Source: Gordius albopunctatus (taxonomy: Eukaryota). Taken from it: a DNA stretch of 64,000 nucleotides. The notes beneath the pieces are model-generated. The model was not told where the DNA came from and searched no databases. It saw only the letters and a program-made list of their open reading frames with translations. Every line of letters begins with the position of its first letter. Position 1 is the first letter of the stretch. The translations under genes were made by a program, and so were the position numbers. The DNA is taken from the NCBI GenBank assembly GCA_964276515.1, contig OZ193909.1, positions 16,120,001-16,184,000 of the forward strand, read 5' to 3'. Positions 1-10,582 of this stretch are shown here, piece by piece.

Positions 1-27
1 GGACTTGGGACCGTCGTTGGTAGTGTT
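1..27 (-). ncRNA. 5' end of a second RTE copy starting with the twister ribozyme 3' product (runs off the left edge)
   Basis: Reverse complement reads AACACTACCAACGACGGTCCCAAGTCC, identical to the RTE 5' end at 24805-24831 except the 3-nt loop (AAC vs TAA). Confidence 0.7.
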
Positions 28-29
28 TT

Positions 30-112
30 ATTTACACAATACATAAAAATTAAAAATGTGTAAACTATGATGAAAGTTTGCTTAATAATTTAGCGCCATC
101 TATATATTGTAT
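30..112 (-). repeat. Dispersed AT-rich repeat with AGATGGCGCT core (copies at ~27930-28100 and ~39670-39835)
   Basis: Reverse complement 'atagatggcgctaaatta..caaactttcat..tatgtattgtgtaaa' matches 27995-28075 and 39735-39810. Confidence 0.6.
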
Positions 113-450
113 TATTTTAATTTATTGAGGTTCGTTCAAATTTTTAGCGAGAACAAATTATTGTGCTAAAGTATGTAATTCAATTTTTGCTCAGTAAATA
201 ATTCAATGTTCACTAATTATGTTCACTAATTTAATTATTTACCCAGTAATTAATACCTTTGTTCAGTTTTTTATTTTAATGTTGCTCAGTAACTGAAACG
301 TTATTTCAAAATAAAAAGGATTCAAGGCAGATTTGAACCAGCAATGTTAATTTATAGAAGTCTTAATTGTTACCTATTTGGTAAAAAAGACAAGGTATAT
401 TTTGTCGACTTGAAGTGTTCGACTAAGAAAAAGTCATTTTTGTCTGTTTT

Positions 451-1045
451 GGTGACAGTTGTCATAGTTGTCGTTTGTGGAGCTAAATAAATTCTTTAAA
501 CAAAAATTGGTGAGCTAGGGTGTGACAAAGTTGTTACAAGTAGGAAATTTAAATTTGTCAACCTAACTTGGTGACAATTGTTATAATTATCGTTTATAGA
601 GCTAAAAAATTCTTTAAACGAAAATCAGTGGGCTAGAATGACACAAAGTTGTTACGAGTAGAAAATCTAAATTTGTCAACCTAACGGTGACAGTTGTCAT
701 AACTTCCGTTTGTAGAGCTAAATAAATTCTTAAAGCGAAAATTGGTGGGCTAGGCTGTCAGAAAATTTTTAGAAGAACGATATGTAAATTTGTCAACCCA
801 ACTTCGTGACAGTTGCTATAATTGTCGTATATAAAGCTAAATAATTTCTTTTAGCGAAAATCGATGTGTTAAGTTGTCATAAATTAGTTTAAATAAATAT
901 TTGTCAACTTAACTTGGTGACAATTCTCCTAAATGTCGTTTATAGAGGCAAATAAATTATTTTAACTAAATTCGCTGAGCAAGGGTAAAGTTGTTACAAA
1001 TAGTAAAGATAAACTTGTCAACCTATCTTGTTGGCTATTTACATA
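451..1045. repeat. Tandem array, ~118-bp unit, ~5 diverged copies
   Basis: Unit 'ggtgacagttgtcata...tttgtcaacctaactt' restarts at 451, 570, 686, 805 and 916, with a degenerate start at ~1030. Confidence 0.85.
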
Positions 1046-1867
1046 ATTCTGGTGGCCCGTCAACTTGCCGAAAACCATCTCGGCGAATTTAATGTCCTAG
1101 GGTTAAAAAATGTCCCCTAATTCAAAAATATACTAAGCTCTTGGGCGTCTTCGCGGCAAACTTACTTACTATTAATCATATGCTCGATCCCAAATTATTT
1201 CAAAACATAGGTTAGAATATAATGTTGTTATAAAATTTGTAATTAGAAAATTTCTATATTAATTTAGCATAATAATTTTAATTTAATAATACCTGTTTTT
1301 TCTAAATTATTCTCATTGTCAAATACTGACCATTCATTTCGTATAATATTTATTGTAGGATAAGTTTTCAAATAGTTAACCTTTGCTATTTACATTGAGT
1401 AAAATAAGGGATTCAATATTTATTTAATAAGATTTACATTATACGAGTCCCTATTAATCCTATAAAATATTCCGAATAATTACTTAGGTCATTGGTATAG
1501 CAATAAGATATTGTACTGGAATATTTTGTGAAGCATGAAATAAAGAGGAAGATGTTGATCATCTATGATTATGTTTCTTGGAATATGTATACCTTGAATT
1601 AAATATTTGGCTAGCTTTGTACATATTTTTTAATATATTAATAAATTTATAGTTTGTCAAATGTGAACAAGTGAATTGATTCTACTTGATTAGTTGTGCT
1701 AACCATCAGAATTTTATCTGTTTCACACATCTCTTTTAAACAAAGCATGGACTTTTATATTATAAAATTTAATATTTTAGATTTTTGCATATTGATATAA
1801 ATAAAAATCTAAAATGTTTTATGTTAAACGATTTGTCATGGACCCTTTAATCTTTAAGAAAAGATAT

Positions 1868-4800
1868 TTTAGAGAGGTAATAGGAGAGCGAAGTGCCCCC
1901 AGGGATACGATAGTTACCTGCGTGTTGACGTTATTTACACGCGCGTTGTCGATCAAATTATCGTTAATTGGTTGTAACTTATAAATGCGTTGGTTATATA
2001 CGCCAGGACACTTTTTGTGGTATTTTGTATCCCACTCCTAATAGTTCATGTGAATAAATATCAGCCCGTAACAGTGGCATCGTGGCGAAACCTACGCGGA
2101 GATGCAGAAATATAAAACAACGGCTAACATCGACGCTTTCTTAACTCAATTTGAGTTATTCCTTAGGAACAATAAGACGGAGACAGATGAACAAAAAGCC
2201 GCGCTATTATTAACCAGCCTCGAGGGGGATGCATTCCAATTAATACTAGAGGATTATAGACCGCAAGAGTTAACAGGAATTACATACGAAGAAGCGAGAA
2301 ATCGGTTAAGGAAATTATTCAAAGGTCCGACAAGGGCAGGGAGAGACGATAGACGCGTACGCTAATAGACTCAAGGCCGGGGCTAATAGCTGCAACTTCG
2401 GAAATGAAGAAGCGCAGAGCAGAATCGTCGACCAATTCATTATAGGATTGCGCGATAGAAGCTTACAGACGAGACTGTTGGCAGAAAATGACATCAAATG
2501 GGACCGCCTACGAGAGCTGGCATTAACGGCCGAGACGATAAATGGGGGGGCTAAGCACCTTGCAGGACGGGGTCGAAGAGGCGTGGAGCGTAGTGGCAAG
2601 ATGAGAAGCGTGGCCTGGGCCGGTCCGGATTCCCAGGTTAAACCATGCTTTAGATGTGTTAACAGTTGATATATATATTAATAACGAATTGTTCCAATTT
2701 ATCTTCGATAACGGCGCTACGGTTTCGATATTACCGGCGGGAAGATGGGCGAAGGAGATCCCACGCAACAAAGAGGCCGTCCCGACGGTGTACGCCTACG
2801 GCCACAGGGAAATAAAGATCGTAGCCAAGGTACAAGCCGTTGTTTTATTGGGTAGCACGAGGAAACAGCTGTCATTATTGCTAGCAGACGTAGCGGGGCC
2901 GCCGATATGCGGGATCGATTGGATACAAGAATTCGAACTCGAAATATGGCGTCAAATACGTTGGAACTCGAGAACAGCGGCGGAACGGTTCGCGGTCAAT
3001 TACGTTGAAAGACCGAAGGATACCAAGTTAGCGATCCAGCACGTGATGAAGTGATGGGAGGGCCGGCGAAACGAATTCCCACAAGCAGTCAAAGGAATAA
3101 CGGTGGAAGTACCGGTAAAAGAGGGCATAGATCCCGTATTTATCCCCGCTCGAAGAGTGCCGATGGCGTGGAAGAAAGAAATAGAAGAAGAGCTGAATAA
3201 ATGGGTCAGAGACGGGGTGATAGAACCAATCGATTTCTCAAGATGGGCCAGCCCAGTGATACCCGTGGAAAAAAGCGACGGGACTCTGCGATTGTGTATA
3301 GACTACCGGTTTACGATAAATAAATACGCACAAGGGTTGCTGTACCCCTTACCCATAATCGACAATTTGTTAAATAAACTCGATAACGCGTGTTATTTTA
3401 CGAAGCTGGACCTTACGAAAGCGTACTTACAGCTGGAATTAGGACCAGAGACGAGCCAACGGTTGACGATCTCGACTCACAAGGGCTTATTCAAAGTTAA
3501 CTTGATGCCGTTTGGCTTAAATTGTGCCGCGGCTATTTTCCAAAAAAACAATGGACCAAATATTAGGAGGCATGGAGGGGGTAGCGGTATACATCGACGA
3601 CATACTAATTGCAGGGGAAACGGAAGAAATTCACAACGAGCGGTTACTCAAAGTACTAGAAACGTTACAAAAGTGGGAGTTCGTGCCAAAAATCGCCAAG
3701 AGCAACTTGTGGGCGAAGGAAGTAACCTTTTTGGGATACGTAATAAGTAACAAGGGGATTCAAATCAACGAAAATAAAGCCGAGATAGTCAAGCAGTGGA
3801 AAAATTTAACAAACAAAAAAGAAATAAAATCCTTCCTTGGGTTAACAGCATACTTTGAAAAGTTCATTAAGGACTACGCCAAAATCATACACCCGATTCA
3901 GAAACTAATGAAAAAAAATGTGGTGTTCCGCTGGGGTGGAGAACAACAAGGCGCGTTTGAAGCTATCAAATCCGCCCTTACAAAAGCCCCCGTACTGGCG
4001 TACTTTAATGGAGATTGGGAGACTGGCCTGGTCGTAGACGCCTCTAGTACAGGGTTAGGGGCCATCTTACAGCAACTAGCACCAGGAGAGAATTGGAGGG
4101 TGGTGGCCTATGTGTCAAGAGCGTTAAACGATAGCGAAAGACGGTATGCGACGATCAAAAGAGAGGCCCTGGCGGTGGTGTATGGACTAAAAAGTTCAAT
4201 GAATATATACAAGGACGAAGCGTTACTATTATGACGGATCATAGACCGCTAGTATATATATTTAATCAGAGCAAAAAGGGCAAGGAACAATGATCACCTC
4301 GTCTAACTAAGTGGGCGCTCATGGTATCAGGCTACACGACCAAGTTCGAGTACAATAAGGGAGCCGAAAACGCGGCAGATTTCTTGTCCAGGAAACCGAA
4401 CGAACACGCGTATCAGGTTCCCGAGGAAATTCCAGAAGACTCGACGAATCCGTTTATTTCATTGGACGTAGTAAGACAACGCACCTTGGATGATCCGGGG
4501 CTATGTCAAGTTAAAGAGTGGATGAAAGGTAAACAAAATACAATGGTCACGGGTGGGCTAGAACGCGCCTACGAAAAACACCTGCCAAAGTTGCATGAGG
4601 CCAAGAGAATAATATATTACAAAGGGCGACAAATATTAATTCCGGCTAAGTTACGAGGAGCGGTACTACAAAGACTACATAGGGGCCACGTGGGTATCAA
4701 GCGAATGCAAGAAGCGGCGCGGTGGTGGCCTACTCTCGACGAAGACTTATTGAGTGTAGCAAAAGGGTGCTGGAATTGCAATTACACGGCCACGGCGGCG

Positions 4801-5935
4801 AAGAAGGCACCGTTGATAGAGTGTCAACCTAGTCAAAAACCATGGGTCCAGGTACATATCGATATCATGGGGCCTCTCAAGGGTAAGTGATACCTCGTGA
4901 TGGTGGACAATTGTTCGAAATGGGTAGAGGTGTTTAAGTTAGAAGCCACATCGACAACCATTATAAGAAAACTTGCCGAGACGTTTGCGAGATTTGGGAA
5001 TCCACCATGACTAATATCGGATAATGGCCCACAATTCAAAGGACAGGATTTACAAAACTTTTGAAAGATGAGAGGGATTGATCAGCGATGGACAGCTCCT
5101 TACCATCCTGCGTCGAACGGTTTGGCAGAAAGATACGTACGATTAATGAAAGAAGCGATCATGAGGAACGAGTCGGAAGTAGGGATAAATAGATTTCTGG
5201 AAAACTATAGATCGACAAAATACCCCGCAACCAATAAAAGCCCGGCAGAGAGGATGTTAAAAAGGCGTATGCGAACCGAATGGGAGGTATTAAGGGAAAC
5301 CGTACCACAACAATGGGTAGAGACCGGGAACCCACGAATGTTCAACGTAGGAGACTTGGTGTGGGTACGCATGTTCCTGGGTCCAAGCAAATGGGTGGAA
5401 GGCACGATAAAGGCCAAACACGGGAGTCGTTCCTAAGATGTATGGGCACAGGGAAGAAAGCACCACCTACACCTAGATCAAGTAAGGAAACGGAGAATCC
5501 TGGATTGGACCACGCTGGGACAAGAGAACGGGTGGCCACAAAGAATATCACCAGAAAGGGAAGAGGGAACAAATGCGCCAAGGGAACAAATACAAAACAG
5601 GGTAACAAGTGCGACAAGGGAACAAAGCCAAAACAAGACAGGAACGTCTAGGGAAGAACCGAGATACCCACAACGTAACCGGAAACCGCCAACATTCCTT
5701 AAGAATTTTGTCTGTAAAAAGGGGGGAACTGTAGAGAGGTAATAGGATAGCGAAGTGCCCCCAGGGATACGATAGTTACCTGCGTGTTGACGTTATTTAC
5801 ACGCGCGTTGTCGATCAAATTATCGTTAATTGGTTGTAACTTATAAATGCGTTGGTTATATACGCCAGGACACTTTTTGTGGTGTTTTGTATCCCACTCC
5901 TAATAGTTTATGTGAATAAATATCAGCCCGTAACA
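1868..5935 (+). mobile_element. Ty3/Gypsy LTR retrotransposon (Mag-like), full length but with stops and frameshifts
   Basis: 206-bp LTRs at 1868-2073 and 5730-5935 (4 mismatches counted). 5-bp TSD GATAT. PBS-like TGGCATCG at 2075; PPT AAAAAGGGGGGAAC at 5716-5729. Fragmented gag, protease (FDNGA), RT (LCIDYR, YIDD), RNase H (VDASSTGLGA) and integrase (LHRGHVG, HIDIMGP, PYHPASNGLAER). Confidence 0.95.
2102..5717 (+). pseudogene. Disrupted gag-pol of the Gypsy element
   Basis: ORF pieces 2102-2365, 2656-3054, 3103-3750, 3524-4234, 4321-4890 and 5068-5436 in gag-PR-RT-RH-IN order, separated by stops or frameshifts. Confidence 0.9.
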
Positions 5936-6714
5936 GATATCATATTAATTTCATAAAAAATTTGTGCATTAATAAACTTTTATATAACAACTTGACTTTA
6001 ACAAATCCTCACTTATGTGAAATAAAATTTTATATATTAAAATGTATTTGTTGAAAGTCAACAATAAAAAATAGGAACCATATGTTTTTTATGCAAGACA
6101 TAAAATTTAAACAGGACCTAAATAATTATTATGGATCTTTTATATGATTAATAGGGATCTGTAGAAAAACAAATTCAATTTTCTTGAAATGATTTGGTTG
6201 TGATGCGCACAAGGTGAGAGAAAGAATACACGAACTGAATTAACTTTAATCTGAATGTTTATTTATATCTATTGCTATATAAACTCGCCATTTACAGTTT
6301 TGCTACCACTGTTATTTTTTCCCCTTAATAAATTAAATTCCACCAACACCTCTCACTAAAGATCTTTATAAAAATGAATTTTTATATTACATTGATAGAA
6401 AATTGAGCACGGTATAAGATGTCACAAGAAACTTTACTGAAAGTCATTTATTTTTTATAATAAATTTATTGAAACAAATTGTTATAAAGATGATGATTTA
6501 TTTATATTAAAGTATCGCAAATTAAAATGGGTACCAGATATCTCAAACAAATATGCCATCAAAGAGAAAAAATTTTACCATATATTGAATAATAAAAAAA
6601 TTAATTACTTTATAACTCAACTGAAATTATACAACTTTTACATTAAAAAAACCAATTAGTGCTATTAAAAAAATACCAATTTGTGTCTTGTACGTTTACC
6701 ATAAATATTAAAAA

Positions 6715-6890
6715 AGGGCGTGGGGGGGCAAAACACCCCCCCCCCCTCCCCGGGTCAGAAAGAGGGTAAAAAATTAGTGGGGAGGGGGGCAAAACACCCC
6801 CACCCCCTCCCCGGGTGACAAAGAGGGTAAAAAATAAGGAGGGGGCAAAACACCCCCCCCCCCTCCCCGAATGAGAAAAAGGATAAAAAC
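6715..6890. repeat. G/C-tract tandem repeat (~58 bp x3) in the right arm of the TIR element
   Basis: 'gggggcaaaacacccccccccctcccgggt.a.aaagagggtaaaaaat' repeated three times. Confidence 0.8.
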
Positions 6891-6972
6891 TGGGGACCAT
6901 TTTTAATCCTGGGACATTCAATTCGGGGAGATTGTTTTTGGCAAGTTGACGGGCCACCAATATCATTTACAT

Positions 6973-9900
6973 ATGAAGCAAATTTTATACCGCCAAACTC
7001 AAATTAAAATTCTTAAGACATTGCTTGTAAATGTAAATACATTTTTTATGCTATAATAATATGACCTAGAAAAAACTAACACAGAATTTATTTATATGGG
7101 GTTGTAGTGGGACTGGGAAATATATCACTTTGAGACATATTTTGCTTCAATTGAAAGTAACATCAATAAATTGTTTTTAAAAGCGCCAGATTATGCCCAT
7201 TATTATTGATGTCAGAGCTTGTTATTCAGAATCTGCGTTTTGGGCTATTTTATGGGGAAAAATTGGAAACAAAACATTATGTGAAAATGTGGGAACATTT
7301 ATTAAACTTATCAGAGGAGCTCATATTGATGATAACTTTTATATTGTATGCTATAGTATTTTTAATATCAAATTCCTTAAGATACTAAATAACTGTGAAA
7401 ACTTTAAAAGGATAGGTGTTAACATAATTAAACTTTTGACAGTGATTTCAAGAATGGTAAATAATCACATTTTAATTTAATCATATATTAGAACTTAAAC
7501 AAAATTGTAATTAAATTTGTTTTCATAAGTTGTCTTCCGCTTGAGAATTATGGAATACCATTGAATTTTGAATGGCCTATTGTAGTGCATTTTCCTAATT
7601 ACACACAAGGTAGTTAATATGCAATATAAATATATTAATAAATAATAAATTTATAAGATGTACAAATCTTAATTCTTAATTAATACATAAATTATAATAT
7701 CCCTTTAATATCTTTAATGATGAATTCTTTTTATCAACAAAATTTAATTAGATGAAGCTGAAAATATAGTCAATCATATGTTTGGGGAAGATTTTCAAAG
7801 CTTGGATGATAGAATTGATCATGATTGTAATGCAATAGATACTAAAATTATAACTTCTGTTTTGAAAGACACTAAGGAAAGAATTAGCTTAATATTTAGT
7901 ATATTCTATCCAATTTGTAATGATATAAGTATGCTATTTGCTTTGGTAAGCTTATTCTTGAATTGTCTCTACATTTATTTAGAGTGAAAAATTAATTAAC
8001 CAATCTTTCACAACACAAGATGGTATAATTTTTTTTACATTTTAATTGTGTTTTCATTACATGAATTATAGATATAGAAAATAGTATAGATTTTACAAGT
8101 TTATATTTCAAGAACTTACCAGAACGTATTGTGCAAATGTTTATTTCTAATAAACCCACATCTAAACTAAAAGTTGGCAATATAATCAATGGTAATTTTA
8201 TAAAAAAATATACTATATCTTCCAGACAACATACAGTATACAAAACTATCAACCACTTACAAATTTATATTACTTGCCGCATATTTAGCCTCTACTCACT
8301 CTGCACAAACAGATGATCATTTCTTTTCCAAAGTATTTAAATTAATTGGCTACATTTAACCAAATTTAGGAAAGGAAGAAAAAGCAAAAAATTATCAAAG
8401 AAAAGGTCAGTGAACAATATATTTAAAGAGAGCTGTAAAATTTAGATAAACTTGAGATATTAAACTATGGACTGACCTACCCTTAATTTTTTTGTGTTTT
8501 TCATTCTTTTAGTTAAAATAATTGTTTTAACCTAAATTCATGATTTACATACACTCTAGTGATCAACGTATGAAGCCAAAAAATATTATTTAGATTATGT
8601 AACTAGACAAACACAAAATGTTTATAGCATTTAATTATCAGTATATAAATGTTGAATTCAATTTTTGTAGTTATTATATTATCAGGGGCAATTTTTATTC
8701 AAAAACATGGTTACTTGGCTGGGTTAGAGTCTATTAGTTTAATAATTGCATCATTCATCCAGTTGACTTATATAGAATTTTAACTTAAATTATTGATTAT
8801 TTAAATTAATTATAGGCATTGGATGTGATTAAGGGTCCTAAGGCATTTACTGTCAATCGATTGACATCAATTACCAAATCAATTAGTGAAGGCTGGTTAC
8901 CCGAAAGATTTCCATTTTCTACAAATTTTTACATCATGGTACATATAAATATTGACATATTTATAATATAAATTTTTGTTATTAATAGTCTATTTTAAAT
9001 TTAATTTTATAAATGGCTCAAACATATTGTATATTCACCTTTACTCAATACAAATCATTAATAAATGAAAGATGAACTCAAGATGATTGAATAATGGTTC
9101 TTAGTTTTTTCAGATAATTTTCACTTGATTTATTATTGATTACTACTGCTATATTTTTCATCTGCAAATTTAATTTAACAATGGTGTTTAGGTCAAATTT
9201 GCTATTAACCCTTAAAGGATAATTATAATTTATATTTTTAATATTTTGTTTTTCTGAAATCGTGATGATTTTTCTGAAATAGGGACAAATCGGATTTGTT
9301 TAAAAATAATAGTTTTATAATAGGTTGGTCCAATCCATTGTTGAGAAATTTAATATAAATTTGCAGGTTAAGGCCGTTATTTGACTTTTTTGAGCTTGCT
9401 TTGCTATACAGTCGAAACTTCTTAATCACAAATCGGATTATCGCAAAAATCTTTTAATCGCGAAGTTAACCGCCATTTTGTTTTTTTAACGATAATATTA
9501 ACAAAAACATCGTTTATTGACAAATCGCTTAATAGTACAATATCGGATGTTCACAAACATTTTCGAGTCCTTAAATCAACCAGATAATCGCAATAAAACG
9601 AATATTTAATATTATATACATATACTTTTTCCACCATCGTTTAATCGCGAAATATCGGTTAATCGCGATTTTTTTCTGGCCCAAGGCTTTGCAATTAAAC
9701 GGGTTTGACTGTATCCTTTAAGAGTTTGTGTTAGCGTTGTAAAATTAGCTGGGTTTATTTAATTGACTAAACATTAACATAATCAAACCTTTGGTCTGTT
9801 TATATTTAATCGACTAAAAGGTGCACCAAACAAAACTTAGCCGTTTTGCAACATTAGTTTTGGGTAAAAATGGAGCCAAATTCATTTAACCTAAATATTG

Positions 9901-10074
9901 GTCACTTTTTTATTTTATTGTAAAATTTTATCCACATTTTGTTCTGACATTTATTCAGGTAACAACATTGGTGACATTTGGGCTTTTGACCAAAGTTAAA
10001 GTGGCTACTACCACACTTGATAACCAGAAATACAAATGCAACCTTACCTTAGACACCACCAAACAAATTGCCAG
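6973..10074 (+). CDS. ORC5: Origin recognition complex subunit 5 (terminal exon not located)
   Basis: Exons approx. 6973-7032, 7070-7156, 7190-7345, 7382-7456, 7492-7609, 7752-7945, 7983-8022, 8078-8191, 8226-8332, 8370-8405, 8816-8938, 9959-10074 splice in frame via GT-AG. Motifs LFIWGCSGTGK, VVHFPNYT, IFYPICND, YKFILLAAYLAS, GPKAFTVNRL, VTTLVTFGLL and KYKCNLTLD match ORC5 family blocks. Confidence 0.88.
9409..9711. mobile_element. Tc1/pogo-type MITE in an ORC5 intron
   Basis: ta|CAGTCGAAAC ... GGTTTGACTG|ta termini; internal repeated ttaatcgcga motifs. Confidence 0.65.
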
Positions 10075-10582
10075 GTTTGCCTTTATTTTTGAGTCTCAAA
10101 CAAAATCTGATATGGTTAAATAAATATTTGAAGGCTACCAATAACTTTAAAATTAAAGGCAAAGTGCAATTTATAATTCGTAATGAGGCACCTCTAAAAT
10201 TTGCGAATTAGCCTTAGATTTGAATAGACATAAGTTTTAATTAACTAATTTCATCTCTTAATCTAATAAATTATATATGACAGGGACCTGGAATTCGATA
10301 TATCGGCCTATCTTCGTGATTTTTAAAGAAAATGTCGACTCTTAAATTATAATATTTATCAAATGTTTAAGTTATATCGTATGTATACATCTATGAAAAT
10401 AAATAACATGGGATATAATTTGGGCTCAAAAATCTGATATTTTAAAAACGAAATAACATTTAACTTTGTATCTTTATGAATTTTTTTGATTTATAATAAA
10501 TAAATTAATGCTAAAAATATTAGAATCGAATACCCAAAATCTTTGATTCGAAACCCAGAGGCGTAATTAGCTAATCATAATA

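Larger units (their letters stand above)
1444..6161. mobile_element. Tc1/mariner-type non-autonomous element interrupted by the Gypsy insertion
   Basis: Imperfect ~45-bp TIRs: 1444-1490 (cgagtccctattaatcctataaaa...taggtc) and 6115-6161 (gacctaa...ttttatatgattaatagggatctg), flanked by TA on both sides. Confidence 0.55.
1046..6964. mobile_element. Non-autonomous TIR DNA element (possibly Mutator-like), outermost shell of a nested TE stack
   Basis: ~67-bp imperfect inverted repeats at 1051-1117 (ggtggcccgtcaacttgccgaaaa...) and 6892-6958 (...ttggcaagttgacgggccacc). Candidate 8-9 bp TSD atttacat(a) at 1037-1045 and 6965-6973. No transposase seen. Confidence 0.6.

Noticed and set aside
310..385. 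tRNA gene on the minus strand (GGTTCAAATC B-box)
   Set aside because: No cloverleaf or A-box; at best a decayed SINE head.
451..1045. CRISPR-like array
   Set aside because: Whole units are homologous with no unique spacers, there are no cas genes, and the context is eukaryotic.
6190..6348. Possible solo LTR
   Set aside because: No convincing paired termini or TSD.
6643..6966. 107-aa Gly/Pro/Phe ORF
   Set aside because: Translation of the G/C-tract tandem repeat and TIR.
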